From: an uncultured Verrucomicrobiae bacterium
Lineage (GTDB): Bacteria; Verrucomicrobiota; Verrucomicrobiia; Chthoniobacterales; JAFAMB01
NCBI GenBank assembly: GCA_963762565.1
Contig: CAVXLD010000010.1
Coordinates: 32,001-96,000, forward strand
Direction of reading: 5' to 3'
DNA length: 64,000 bases
Shown here: positions 39,530-49,748 of the stretch, piece by piece
How the letters are laid out: the number at the start of each line of letters is the position of its first letter
How positions within the stretch are numbered: position 1 is the first letter of the stretch
Made by a program: the position numbers and the translations under genes
Notes under the pieces: model-generated
What the model was told of the DNA's origin: nothing
The model's database searches: none
What the model saw: only the letters and a program-made list of their open reading frames with translations

Positions 39530-40761
39530 AGCGCTGGGCTGGGCTTCACTATTGAACTTTCCTGTTGAGCGCCGGAGGTCGAATTCTGTTGCAAGCCCTG
39601 GCCAGTCAGCGCCGCTGGGGCCGGCGTCGGACTCGGCATGGGATATTCTTTGGGGTTCACCTTGGTGCCATTGGCGAGCGCGATCTGCCCTTCGACGACG
39701 ACGGTTTCACCCGCTTGCACCCCCTGAGGAACCACAACCAGATCCTGATACTTCACCCCTTGCGGAACTAACCGTTGTTCGACGGTGTTATCCGGTTTCA
39801 CCACGAATAAGTAAGTCCCCTTCCCTCCGAGTTGTACCGTCTGACTCGGCACGACGAGCGCATCCTTCAAGATCTGCAACGTCAGCGCGACGTTGACGTA
39901 TTGGCCAGGCCAGAAATAGCGGTCCTCATTAGGAATCGTCGCCCGAAGTAGAACCGTGCCGGCCTGGGTCGAAACGCTGTTGTCGAAAAAGCTCAACTTG
40001 CCCGCCTTGGCTATGTCGGGCCGGGTTGGCGCTATGACTTCCACCTTAAGAGAATTCCCCTGACTCATGTTCTCTCGCAGATGAGCAAGGTCGTTCTCGG
40101 AGATGTCGAAATCGACGTAGACCGGGTCCTGGAGCTGGATATTGACCAGAGTCGATCCACCAACGGCAACGTAATTACCTGGATCGACCAGCCTGCGACC
40201 GGTACGGCCGTTCCCTGGGGATCGGATATAGCAATATTCGAGATTGAGCTTGGCTAGATCGATCGAAGCCTGATCCCGAGCGACAGCGCCGTTGTAGTTG
40301 TCGAAGTTCGCTTTGTCGGTGTCGATCTGTTGTTCCGACACAAAATGTTGCGGCCCGATCTTTTCATCGCGCTCCAGGTTTCTTTGATTCAAGTCGACTT
40401 GGGCGTTGTCCGACAAGAGTTGAGCCTGGGCTTGCTCCAATTGAGCCTGAAATGGCCTCGGATCGATCACAAAAAGGAGGTCGCCTTTCTTGACCTCCTG
40501 GCCCTCTACGAAATGGACTTCCGTGATTCTGCCGCTGACTTGAGGCTGGATATTGACCGATTCCGGAGAAACGACCCGGCCGAATTCATGGAGCTGCACC
40601 GGCACATCCGCTGCCAGGACTTTCGTGACCAGGACGTTTTTGGGGGCAGCCGGCCCCTGAGTAGTGTTGGACTGGGGGCCGCATCCACTGAAGAAAATGG
40701 CCGTTACTGAAAGAAGAAAAAAAAGAAGGCTTCTAGGACCAATCGCCAGTTGGGGGGTCAT
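39526..40761 (-). CDS. RND periplasmic adaptor (MdtA-like)
   Basis: Lipoprotein-like N-terminus, F.EGQ.VKKGDLLF.IDPRPF, WPGQYV. Confidence 0.95.
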   Translation of the reverse strand: MTPQLAIGPRSLLFFLLSVTAIFFSGCGPQSNTTQGPAAPKNVLVTKVLAADVPVQLHEFGRVVSPESVNIQPQVSGRITEVHFVEGQEVKKGDLLFVIDPRPFQAQLEQAQAQLLSDNAQVDLNQRNLERDEKIGPQHFVSEQQIDTDKANFDNYNGAVARDQASIDLAKLNLEYCYIRSPGNGRTGRRLVDPGNYVAVGGSTLVNIQLQDPVYVDFDISENDLAHLRENMSQGNSLKVEVIAPTRPDIAKAGKLSFFDNSVSTQAGTVLLRATIPNEDRYFWPGQYVNVALTLQILKDALVVPSQTVQLGGKGTYLFVVKPDNTVEQRLVPQGVKYQDLVVVPQGVQAGETVVVEGQIALANGTKVNPKEYPMPSPTPAPAALTGQGLQQNSTSGAQQESSIVKPSPAL

Positions 40762-41032
40762 TTTCGGGGGGAGACATCGTGCGTTTTGCGATACTAATCA
40801 TGCAAATTTGCTGAAGAAAAAGTCGACCCTCCATGGTCGCTTTCATTCTCCTTTTCGAGTTTCGCTCTTCCAGAAGCACTCCTTTTCGTGACGAAACCGA
40901 AGCCGGGTCGCGCCCGACACTTTGCCGCACTTCCAGATAAAAGCTAGTTCCGTACCCCCGGTGGCGTCAAACCGTATATCATATAACCGGACGGTAAATG
41001 CCGAAGAACCGGCGAGCCGCTGGCGCAATTCG

Positions 41033-41222
41033 GGGAGGGCGCGCAGCCACCGGGAGGGATCGCGTCCTCGCGATCCTTGGTTCTCGAAGCCCAGGAGGTG
41101 ATCTGATCGCGGACAAAAATACCCTTCTGGATTGTGGCACGTCCTCGCGGCGCGCGGTGGTCGCAGCGCGCAAATCGGGGAGGGCGCGCGTCCCCGCGCG
41201 CCGCGAGGACGCGATCCCTCCC
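41033..41222. repeat. Composite REP/MITE, GGGAGGG-ended family
   Basis: GGGAGGGATCGCGTCCTCGCG...CGCGAGGACGCGATCCCTCCC; interior shared with 50643-50825. Confidence 0.75.
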
Positions 41223-41273
41223 GACGATGGGCCTGCACACAATCCAAGAACGAAGCGCCCAAGCGCGTTCCGC

Positions 41274-42074
41274 CTATTCACGGCTAGATCCAATTCCCAG
41301 ACGGGACTGGAACCGGCCTCGAGCGAATCGGATCGAAAGCTCAGCTCCGAATGCCTGGGAGAGGTTCTTGCTAGAAACGACTTGGCGCACGGGGCCGTGA
41401 ATCAACACTTTTCCGTCCTTCAAAAGAAGGGCGCGAGAGAAACAGGATAGTATCTCTTCGACGTGATGAGTCACTAACACGAGGTTCGGGCTATGGTCTG
41501 TCGATTGGGTCGCAAGCCTTTGTAAGAACTCCAGAAACCGCTCTCGCGCCACGGGGTCTAGACCAGCGCAGGGTTCGTCTAGAATCAGGATCTTATGATT
41601 GGCCATCAAAGCGCGGCCGATTAGAACGCGTTGGCGTTCGCCCTGTGAAAAATAGCCCCAAGGCCGGTCCGCCAGCTTTTGACATTCTACCTGCTCTAGC
41701 AATCGAAATGCTTGCTTCCGCTGAAGACCATGCGGAGGTTTCCAACTGTTGATCACCGCCTGCTGGCCGCTGGCCACGATATCGAGGCCAACTTGATCGT
41801 CGTCGATCATCTGTCTGACGCTGGAGCTGACCAACCCAACCTGTTTTCGTAGCTCACGCCAATCGGTTTTGCCGTATTCCTGATCCAATACCCGGATACG
41901 GCCGCTAGAGGGTGTGACGTAGCCCGTAATGCAGCTGAGCAGGGTCGTTTTACCGGAGCCGTTAGCGCCAAGGACGGTCCAGTTCTCACCCGGCTTAATC
42001 TCCCAATTCAGGTTTTGAAGGATCTTTGTTTTACCGCGGTAGACGGTCAGGCTCTCTATCGACACAATGGACAT
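41274..42074 (-). CDS. ABC transporter ATP-binding protein (ModF/YlmA-like)
   Basis: GANGSGKT, SQGERQR, ILDEP, VTHH. Confidence 0.92.
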   Translation of the reverse strand: MSIVSIESLTVYRGKTKILQNLNWEIKPGENWTVLGANGSGKTTLLSCITGYVTPSSGRIRVLDQEYGKTDWRELRKQVGLVSSSVRQMIDDDQVGLDIVASGQQAVINSWKPPHGLQRKQAFRLLEQVECQKLADRPWGYFSQGERQRVLIGRALMANHKILILDEPCAGLDPVARERFLEFLQRLATQSTDHSPNLVLVTHHVEEILSCFSRALLLKDGKVLIHGPVRQVVSSKNLSQAFGAELSIRFARGRFQSRLGIGSSRE

Positions 42075-42212
42075 GGGCGTTCACGGTTCACAATTCGCCG
42101 TTCACGGTTCACAGTTTATGGCAGCGCCCGCAACAGTATATTTCTGAAGAGCGAATGAGAATAGGGCGCCAAATCGCGGACAACCGGGGACAGTGAACTG
42201 CGAATCCGTTCA

Positions 42213-42803
42213 CTAAAACTCACAATCGACGTCAAGGGCTTGATGCAGCATGCGGAGGTATTGCCGTTTGGGGACCTCGATTGCTCCAAAGGTACGAAGG
42301 TGTGGAGTGATATATTGAGTGTCCAGCAGCTTAAATCCGCGAGTTTGCAACCGGTCGACCAAAGCTAATAGCGCGATCTTAGAGGCATCGGTTTCTCGAT
42401 GGAACATTGACTCGCCGAAAAAAGCCCCCTGAATGCTCACACCGTAAAGACCTCCGGCTAGCTCCTGGTTCTTCCAGGTTTCGACTGAATGAGCGAAACC
42501 GAGATCGTGCAAGTTGAGATAGCTTTGGATGATTTGCTCGTTGATCCAAGTTTCGGTGCGCTCCGCGCAAGCCCGCAAGACCTCTTCGAAGGCGGTGTCG
42601 ATTTTCACCTCGAAGATCCCTTTTTTCGCGACCCGGTGCAGGCCGTGAGGGACATGAAAGGTATCTAGCGGAATGATCCCTCTTGGATCGGGCGAGAACC
42701 ACGCAATTTCTCCGCTTTCCAGCGCCATGGGAAAGATCCCATTGCGATAGGCCTCAACCAGAAGTGACGCCGGGATGATTGTCGGTGTGGTTCTTCTCCG
42801 CAC
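42213..42803 (-). CDS. aat: Leucyl/phenylalanyl-tRNA-protein transferase
   Basis: AY..GIFPM, WFSPDPR, GGLYGV, FFGESMF. Confidence 0.96.
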   Translation of the reverse strand: MRRRTTPTIIPASLLVEAYRNGIFPMALESGEIAWFSPDPRGIIPLDTFHVPHGLHRVAKKGIFEVKIDTAFEEVLRACAERTETWINEQIIQSYLNLHDLGFAHSVETWKNQELAGGLYGVSIQGAFFGESMFHRETDASKIALLALVDRLQTRGFKLLDTQYITPHLRTFGAIEVPKRQYLRMLHQALDVDCEF

Positions 42804-43064
42804 AAAGCTACTAAAATAGCGGGTGCTGGGGGCAGACGAAAGGGCGAAACGGCGATACGGCGAATGGGCGAGGCGGCGAATCCGTGTTAGTCGTTTCGTT
42901 TTCGATGGGTCACAATGGCTGAGACTAACGGCCTGACCTATTACTCATGCGCGGACATCGCCCTGTCGCCGTTTCGCCGCATCGCCGGTGCGCCGTTTCG
43001 CCCATTCGCCGTTTCGCTTCCTTTGCGGTTCGGCGATTTCGTGGCATAATCGTTTTTTCTACTG

Positions 43065-44645
43065 ATGATCGCCGTCGACTCCACGACTCACTCTACAATC
43101 ATCATCCTGGATTTCGGTTCGCAATACACGCAGGTGATCGCTCGGCGGATCCGGGAAAGCCGGGTTTACTCCGAGATTGCGCCCTTCAATCTCTCGGCTG
43201 AGCAGATCCGAAAACTGCAGCCGAAAGGGATCGTCTTGTCCGGCGGGCCAGCCAGTGTGTTCGCCTCCAGCGCTCCTCTGCCGGATCCAGCAATCTTTTC
43301 GCTGGGAATCCCGATCCTAGGGATTTGCTATGGAGTTCATCTCATGGCGCTGCAGCTTAATGGCTCGGTCGAATTCTCAAATCGGCGCGAGTTCGGACCT
43401 GGCACCTTAAAGGTTCAGAGTCCGTCCCCATTATTTGACGGCTTGCCATTGGAGTTTCCCGTTTGGAATAGCCATGGAGACAAAGTCGTGTCCTTACCCC
43501 CAGGGTTTCAAACAGTTGGTATCAGCGAAAACAGTCCGTTTGCGGCGATTGAAGATCGGAGCCGGAACCTCTTTGGCGTCCAATTTCACCCTGAAGTCGC
43601 TCACACGCCCTTAGGAAAAGAGATCCTGGAGAACTTCGTTTACAACGTCTGTCAATGCCGGCCGGATTGGACCATGGGTTCCTTCATCGAGAGAAGTTGC
43701 CAGGAGATTCGCGAACGCGTCGGCCCGGATAAAGTCGTGCTTGGTCTCTCGGGTGGTGTGGACTCATCTGTGACTGCTGCCCTCATCCATCGGGCAATCG
43801 GCGATCAATTGACCTGCATCTTCGTCAACAACGGTCTCTTGCGCTCGCGTGAGGCCGAAACCGTCCAGAAAGTTTTCGGCGAAACGTTTCGTATCAAACT
43901 TCAATATGTCGATGCCAGTAACCGATTCCTCGAACGTCTGGCAGGCGTCACGGACCCAGAAAAAAAACGCAAGATTATCGGAGAAGAGTTTATCCGGGTT
44001 TTCGAAGCGACGGCTCTCGAGCTGAAAGCGCTGGATTCTAAAGACCATCGGTACCGGTACCTGGCCCAAGGAACTCTCTATCCCGACGTGATCGAGAGCG
44101 TGGCGATCGGTGGGAACCCGGCGGCGATGATTAAGAGCCATCATAACGTCGGCGGGTTGCCCGAGCACATGGACTTCGAATTGCTGGAACCACTTCGACA
44201 ACTCTTCAAAGACGAAGTCCGCCAGGTCGGTCTTGAGCTGGAACTCCCGAAAGAAATCGTCTTTCGCCAGCCTTTCCCCGGTCCGGGCCTGGCGGTGCGA
44301 GTGCTCGGCGAAATTACCCGGGAGCGGCTGCAAATACTGCGGCAAGCAGACGAGATTGTAGTGAACGAGATGAAAGCAGCGGACTGGTATTACAAGGTTT
44401 GGCAGTCTTTCGCCGTTCTGTTGCCAGTTCAATCCGTCGGGGTCATGGGCGACCAGCGAACGTACGAGAACACCGTTGCTCTGCGCATAGTAGAAAGCCA
44501 AGACGGGATGACCGCAGATTGGGTGCGGATCCCATACGAGATCCTAGCCAAGATCTCCAGCCGGATCATCAACGAGGTCAAAGGAGTAAACCGAGTTTGT
44601 TATGACATCTCCAGTAAGCCTCCGAGCACAATTGAGTGGGAGTGA
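43065..44645 (+). CDS. guaA: GMP synthase (glutamine-hydrolysing)
   Basis: [32 protein letters not shown]. Confidence 0.99.
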   Translation: MIAVDSTTHSTIIILDFGSQYTQVIARRIRESRVYSEIAPFNLSAEQIRKLQPKGIVLSGGPASVFASSAPLPDPAIFSLGIPILGICYGVHLMALQLNGSVEFSNRREFGPGTLKVQSPSPLFDGLPLEFPVWNSHGDKVVSLPPGFQTVGISENSPFAAIEDRSRNLFGVQFHPEVAHTPLGKEILENFVYNVCQCRPDWTMGSFIERSCQEIRERVGPDKVVLGLSGGVDSSVTAALIHRAIGDQLTCIFVNNGLLRSREAETVQKVFGETFRIKLQYVDASNRFLERLAGVTDPEKKRKIIGEEFIRVFEATALELKALDSKDHRYRYLAQGTLYPDVIESVAIGGNPAAMIKSHHNVGGLPEHMDFELLEPLRQLFKDEVRQVGLELELPKEIVFRQPFPGPGLAVRVLGEITRERLQILRQADEIVVNEMKAADWYYKVWQSFAVLLPVQSVGVMGDQRTYENTVALRIVESQDGMTADWVRIPYEILAKISSRIINEVKGVNRVCYDISSKPPSTIEWE

Positions 44646-44746
44646 GGGTTCGCAGTTAGCGGTTAGCGGTTAACAGTTGGCTTCCGCCCCATCATTCGCT
44701 TCCCGCTCCCGACTGCAAACGGCCAACTGCAAACCAACTGGCGGAT

Positions 44747-45454
44747 ATGAGCGAATTGAGAAAACCGGAACTTGCTGCGATTGAGGCCCTGGCTAAGCAT
44801 TTTTCTGCAACTTGGGAACATGGCGAGCAGCCGCCCGACGCTTACGTCAAGATCGGGAAGAAGGAGATCGCGGTCGATATCACGGCTATCAAGCAACGGA
44901 TGATTAAGTGGGACGACCAGGCGAAGCCTCGCCTCCGTTTCGATAAAGTCGTACTCGAATTGATTGGACGTTTGCAAACCGGCCTGCACGCGACCGTGCC
45001 CGATGGCAAAACTCTCATAGTGACCGTCACGGCTCCTATACGGCTACCAGGGAAGACAGCGGACACACTGGAAGACAGAATACTAAGCTCTCTGGCTCAC
45101 CGATCCGCTCGATTGGAGCTCAAGGACACCATCCATGGAAATCAGGTCCGTGTTCGTCTCGTAAAGAGTTTTGGAGGAACATCGAGAGTGATCGGATTCG
45201 TGCACAATCCCGACTCAGACCCCGAGATTCTCCTGGGTGTGACCGATTTAATGCTCAAGTGCATCGGCGCTGACGCGGGTAAAGGCATGCCGGCAGGCTT
45301 CGCGGGTGACCGATGGCTCGTTATCGGCTATGAGGGCAAGCCCATCCAAGTCGATACCTATCGTCAGGTCTGTTCCCAGATCTCCCTCCCGAGCGACTTG
45401 AAGAAGGTTTTGATGGTGTTTGCCGGCGGTTTGGTCGAGAGCCTGAGCGGCTAA
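44747..45454 (+). CDS. Hypothetical protein, possibly restriction-endonuclease-like fold
   Basis: 235-aa ORF with PPDAY...IAVDIT; fold call is tentative. Confidence 0.6.
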   Translation: MSELRKPELAAIEALAKHFSATWEHGEQPPDAYVKIGKKEIAVDITAIKQRMIKWDDQAKPRLRFDKVVLELIGRLQTGLHATVPDGKTLIVTVTAPIRLPGKTADTLEDRILSSLAHRSARLELKDTIHGNQVRVRLVKSFGGTSRVIGFVHNPDSDPEILLGVTDLMLKCIGADAGKGMPAGFAGDRWLVIGYEGKPIQVDTYRQVCSQISLPSDLKKVLMVFAGGLVESLSG

Positions 45455-45473
45455 ACGCGAATTGGGCAGCGTT

Positions 45474-45525
45474 GGCGTTTGGCGTTTGGCGTTCGGCGTT
45501 CGGCGTTCGGCGTTCGGCGTTCGGC
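45474..45525. repeat. Heptamer tandem repeat (GGCGTTY)n
   Basis: About 7 consecutive units. Confidence 0.9.
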
Positions 45526-45679
45526 GGTTTGCAGTTTCCCAACCCGTCGTCCACAATGCAGGCAAACCATCGTCCCATAAGTCCTATCGGTCCCATAGGT
45601 CCCATGCGTTCCTACCCATCCTCCCCGGAGCCGCGAACCAAAAACCGCAAACTGCTAACCCACGACCCTCACCTCCTCC

Positions 45680-46294
45680 ATGCGCCTCGCCATTTATCCA
45701 GGAAGTTTTGATCCGATCACTAACGGCCACCTCGATGTCATCCATAGGGCGTGCCGGTTATTCGACGAATTGATCGTCGCGGTGGCTTTAAACGATCAGA
45801 AACATACGTCCTGTTTGTTTACGATCGACGAACGGATCACCATTTTGACGGAAGCGTGTGAAGGGGTCGCTAAGGTCCGGGTGGCCAAGCTGAACGGTCT
45901 GCTGGTGGATTTTGCCCGTGCCTGCGGAGCGAGCGCGATCGTAAGAGGCCTGAGGGCGGTATCGGATTTCGAGTTTGAGTTCCAGATGGCGCTGATGAAT
46001 CGGAAGATGGAACCGGATATAGAGACAATCTTTCTGATGCCGAAAGAGGAGTACACTTATCTTAGCTCGAGGATTGTGAAAGAGATCGCCCGGCTCGGGG
46101 GCAACGTCGACGCCTTTGTCCCTCCCTCCGCGCGAAGAGCCTTGGCCAAGAAGCTATCCGGGCAGGGCGCCGGTGGGGCGAGCGTTGGTGGGGCGAGGCT
46201 CCCGAAAGACCCAATGCCTCATCAGCGCCAGACGGTGAGTCGACGCAAAGGGAACAAAAATAGAACGAAAAGCGCGCCGAGCCGTCACCCCTGA
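45680..46294 (+). CDS. coaD: Phosphopantetheine adenylyltransferase with repeat-derived C-terminal extension
   Basis: YPGSFDPITNGH, RGLRAVSDFEFE, SSRIVKE. Confidence 0.97.
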   Translation: MRLAIYPGSFDPITNGHLDVIHRACRLFDELIVAVALNDQKHTSCLFTIDERITILTEACEGVAKVRVAKLNGLLVDFARACGASAIVRGLRAVSDFEFEFQMALMNRKMEPDIETIFLMPKEEYTYLSSRIVKEIARLGGNVDAFVPPSARRALAKKLSGQGAGGASVGGARLPKDPMPHQRQTVSRRKGNKNRTKSAPSRHP

Positions 46295-46432
46295 AATGCC
46301 ACTCGAAGAGGCGCGGATCACACTATAGACCGGCGGCTCGGCACGATTGTCGGCCTATTGTTGCTCTTCGGCGTCGACACCACCTTATCCCTCGTATAAG
46401 TACTGGGTCTTTCGGGAGCCTCGCCCCACCAA
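46185..46432. repeat. Split-REP doublet, copy B
   Basis: TTGGTGGGGCGAGGCTCC-73nt-GCCGAGCC ... GGCTCGGC-72nt-GGAGCCTCGCCCCACCAA. Confidence 0.9.
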
Positions 46433-46589
46433 ATCAGTCCCCCAAAAAAAGCAGTAGAATGGTCCGGCTTAGCCGGAGTATTCTACTGCCATAGCCTGGA
46501 TTGCTTTCAAAGGTCCCGCCCACATCGCTCCCGCCGTGGCGGAAGAGGGCGGGTCTTTGAAAGCAATCCAGGCTCGGGAGGAATTCGCC

Positions 46590-47051
46590 ATGAAAATTCA
46601 CGTCAATCAAATCCCGGCGAAAGGCGCAGCGTTCGAAGGCAAGGAACAGAGCGACATACTCGAGCTGAACGAACCGGGTTTTCGCCCGGCGGATACGTTG
46701 TCGTATTCACTCTTCGCTGAATTCGACAAAGACACGCTTTTGGTGAGCGGTACGCTATCGATCGTTTTGGAACTCGATTGTGTCAGTTGTTTACAGCCTT
46801 TTGTCTATCCGCTTGAGGTCCGGGATTTCGCAGTACAGATCCCGGCTGGGCCCCACGATACTGTCGACTTGACGCCATACCTACGCGAAGATATTGTCCT
46901 GGCTCTTCCGGCGCATCCGAGGTGCGATTGGGACGGGAGCCGTGTTTGTCCCGGGCCAAAGATACCGAGTCAAGTGACGGAGGAAAAAGAGCCGAGCCAG
47001 CCAGATGCGTGGGCAGCCTTAGATGAATTGAACTTAAGAAAGAATAACTAG
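46590..47051 (+). CDS. YceD/DUF177 family protein
   Basis: CVSCL, VDLTPYLREDIVLALP, W.AL..L; precedes rpmF. Confidence 0.92.
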   Translation: MKIHVNQIPAKGAAFEGKEQSDILELNEPGFRPADTLSYSLFAEFDKDTLLVSGTLSIVLELDCVSCLQPFVYPLEVRDFAVQIPAGPHDTVDLTPYLREDIVLALPAHPRCDWDGSRVCPGPKIPSQVTEEKEPSQPDAWAALDELNLRKNN

Positions 47052-47055
47052 CACA

Positions 47056-47238
47056 ATGGGTGTACCAAAACGAAAAACGTCCAAGATGAGACTTCGGACG
47101 CGCAGAGCCGCCAACCGCTGGCACGCCCCGCAGCTGACCAAGTGTCCTCAATGTGGTAGCCGAGTCCGCGGCCACACAGCATGCCCCGCCTGCGGATACT
47201 ATCGCGGACGACAGATTTTGTCGGTTGAAGTAGCTTAA
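47056..47238 (+). CDS. rpmF: 50S ribosomal protein L32
   Basis: MGVPKRKTSK, CPQCG..H.ACPACGYY. Confidence 0.98.
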   Translation: MGVPKRKTSKMRLRTRRAANRWHAPQLTKCPQCGSRVRGHTACPACGYYRGRQILSVEVA

Positions 47239-47248
47239 AGGTCCGCAG

Positions 47249-47461
47249 TTGGTAGGGCGAGGCTCCTGTACAGCCTAAACCTTATCGCAAGGTTATCCTT
47301 TTGTGCCCGACAGCTAGTTGAGTAAGGCCGAAACGCCGCCGAGCCATCCGTGCAGCTTATCCACGTCCTGGCGGGCGCAGTGACCTGGTTTACCTGATCT
47401 AGAGAGAACGCCAGAGGCGTTGCGAAGGTTTTTTTATCTTTCGGGAGCCTCGCCCCACCAA
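47249..47461. repeat. Split-REP doublet, copy C (right inner motif degenerate)
   Basis: GGTAGGGCGAGGCTCC-71nt-GCCGAGCC ... GGAGCCTCGCCCCACCAA. Confidence 0.85.
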
Positions 47462-47578
47462 CCCTAAACGGCCAACCGCTAACTGTTCGGCTGCGAATTC
47501 CTGTTGAACGGGCCTTTTTATTGCGCTAATCACGGGGTCTAGGCTTTTCGGGTTTCAGGTCAGTCTAAGCCGGCACGT

Positions 47579-48607
47579 ATGAGGATCGCATTAGATGCTA
47601 TGGGAGGAGACTTCGCTCCCAAGAACAACGTCGAAGGGGCCGTTCTAGCGCTAAAAGAGTATCCGCACGTTGAAAAACTCTTCCTGGTCGGTGACGCCAT
47701 GACGATCAGCGCCGAGCTGAAGCGCATCGGGTATCAGGACCAAAGAATTGAAGTTTTTCATGCTTCCGAGGTCGTGAACATGCACGAGTCAGCGGCTAAG
47801 GCAGTTCGCCAAAAAAAGGACTCTTCTATTTCCCGCGCGGTTGATCTGGTAAAAAGCGGCTCCGCCCAAGCGGTAGTGTCCGCCGGTCACACCGGCGCTG
47901 CTGTTGCCGCCTCGGTATTGAAGCTGCGCACACTGAAGGGAATCGAACGGCCGGCGGTTGCTTGCATATTGCCGACTGAACACGGCGTTTTTGTTTTGAT
48001 CGATGCCGGCGCCAACCCGGACTCCACACCCGAAAACTTGTTGCAATTCGGCATTATGGGCTCGGTTTTCTCTGAGCAAGTTCTGGGGAACAAAACGGCG
48101 AAGGTCGCCCTGCTTTCTATTGGTGAAGAAGATCTCAAAGGAAACGATGTTACCAAAGAGGCTTTCAAAGTCCTGAAAACATCTAACCTCAATTTCCAAG
48201 GCAATATCGAGGGGCGCGACCTTTACGAGAACCCGGCAGATGTCGTGGTTTGCGATGGCTTTACCGGCAACGTCGTTTTGAAGACGTCTGAGTCGATCGC
48301 CTACGCCATTTTCGGATGGTTACGGAGGGAACTGAACCGCGGATTGGTAAGAAAGCTTGGGGCCAGTTTGGCTCGAGGCGCCTTTCGCGACATTTACAAG
48401 AAAACCAACTCTGAGGAGTACGGCGGTATGCCGCTGCTTGGAGTCAACGGTGTGTGCATCATCGCCCACGGCTCCAGCTCGCCTGTGGCGATGAAAAATG
48501 CGATTCGGGTCGCCGCCGAGTCGGTGAAACAGGATCTTAACCCCCACATCTTACGGAAGCTCGAAATTTATAATGAGAATCTCGCCGCGACCACATCGGT
48601 CCAATAA
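47579..48607 (+). CDS. plsX: Phosphate acyltransferase
   Basis: IALDAMGGDFAP, DGFTGNVVLK, HGSS. Confidence 0.98.
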   Translation: MRIALDAMGGDFAPKNNVEGAVLALKEYPHVEKLFLVGDAMTISAELKRIGYQDQRIEVFHASEVVNMHESAAKAVRQKKDSSISRAVDLVKSGSAQAVVSAGHTGAAVAASVLKLRTLKGIERPAVACILPTEHGVFVLIDAGANPDSTPENLLQFGIMGSVFSEQVLGNKTAKVALLSIGEEDLKGNDVTKEAFKVLKTSNLNFQGNIEGRDLYENPADVVVCDGFTGNVVLKTSESIAYAIFGWLRRELNRGLVRKLGASLARGAFRDIYKKTNSEEYGGMPLLGVNGVCIIAHGSSSPVAMKNAIRVAAESVKQDLNPHILRKLEIYNENLAATTSVQ

Positions 48608-49592
48608 ACCCTGCCGGACCGTCTCGATTATCGGAACCGGCAGTTACACTCCTGAACGGATCCTGACCAATCATGATCTGGAAAAGATGGTTGATACGAC
48701 AGATCAATGGATTCGCACCCGGACAGGTATTAGAGAGCGACGAATTGCGAAAGATAGCGAGACCACCAGCGACATGGCCACTCGAGCTGCGCTGGCGGCC
48801 ATGGAACAGGCCAAAGTCACTCCGGAAGAGATTGATTTGATTATCGTCGCCACGGCCACGCCGGACCATCAGTTTCCCGCCACCGCCTGTTTTGTACAAA
48901 AGAAGATCGGCGCTATCAACGCCGCTTGTTTTGATGTCTCTGCGGCTTGTTCCGGGTTTCTCTATGCGCTCGAGATTGGCCAGCAGTTTATCTCTACCCA
49001 CGTCTATAACACCGTTCTAATTATCGGCGCCGACAAACTGAGCGCGATAATCGATTGGGCAGATCGCAACACCTGCGTGCTTTTCGGAGACGGAGCCGGA
49101 GCTGCGATTCTGCGTAATCGACCTCATTCTCATGGCGTGATCTCCACCTATATGGGAAGCGATGGAGCGTTCACCGATATTCTAATCATGCCGGGAGGCG
49201 GCACTCGCTGCCCTATTACGCCGGAGAATATCGATCAGCGGCTGAACACGCTAAAGATGTCCGGCAGGGAAGTCTACAAACAAGCGGTCGTTTCCATGTT
49301 CAATGCTGGGACGCGCGTTCTGGATGAAGCAGGATTGCAGTACGAAGACATTAATTGTGTGATCCCTCATCAAGCTAATCTGCGAATTATCGAGGCGATC
49401 GCGGAACGGATGGCGCTGCCGATGGATAAATTCTATGTCAATTTGGATCGGTTTGGGAACACATCAGCAGCTGCTGTCGCTATCGCGCTCGACGAAGCTC
49501 ACCGTACCGGCCGGATCCAAATTGGTGACTACATTCTCCTGATCGTTTTCGGCGGCGGCCTGACTTGGGCTAGTTCGGTGATTCAGTGGTAA
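48573..49592 (+). CDS. fabH: Beta-ketoacyl-ACP synthase III
   Basis: AACSGF, FGDGAGA, PHQAN, GNTSAA. Confidence 0.98.
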   Translation: MRISPRPHRSNKPCRTVSIIGTGSYTPERILTNHDLEKMVDTTDQWIRTRTGIRERRIAKDSETTSDMATRAALAAMEQAKVTPEEIDLIIVATATPDHQFPATACFVQKKIGAINAACFDVSAACSGFLYALEIGQQFISTHVYNTVLIIGADKLSAIIDWADRNTCVLFGDGAGAAILRNRPHSHGVISTYMGSDGAFTDILIMPGGGTRCPITPENIDQRLNTLKMSGREVYKQAVVSMFNAGTRVLDEAGLQYEDINCVIPHQANLRIIEAIAERMALPMDKFYVNLDRFGNTSAAAVAIALDEAHRTGRIQIGDYILLIVFGGGLTWASSVIQW

Positions 49593-49644
49593 CCGCGTTA
49601 GCAGTTCACAGTTTGCCGTTGGTCCGTTTTCGGCGGCAACTGTG

Positions 49645-49735
49645 TTGTCCCGGAGGGACTGAATGAAGGTAGCCTTACGATGTGTTTTCCAGGCATTTCA
49701 TGCCAGGCTACCTTCATTTAGTCCCTCCGGGACAA
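49645..49735. repeat. Palindromic REP-like doublet (GTCCCGGAGGGAC type)
   Basis: ~30-bp inverted arms TTGTCCCGGAGGGACT.AATGAAGGTAGCC. Confidence 0.8.
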
Positions 49736-49748
49736 GCTAGCTGCAACT

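Noticed and set aside
40843..41450. Several overlapping Arg/Ala-rich ORFs (also 26997-27411, 33669-34343, 45248-45773, 52130-52446)
   Set aside because: They are translations of GC-rich REP or tandem repeats.
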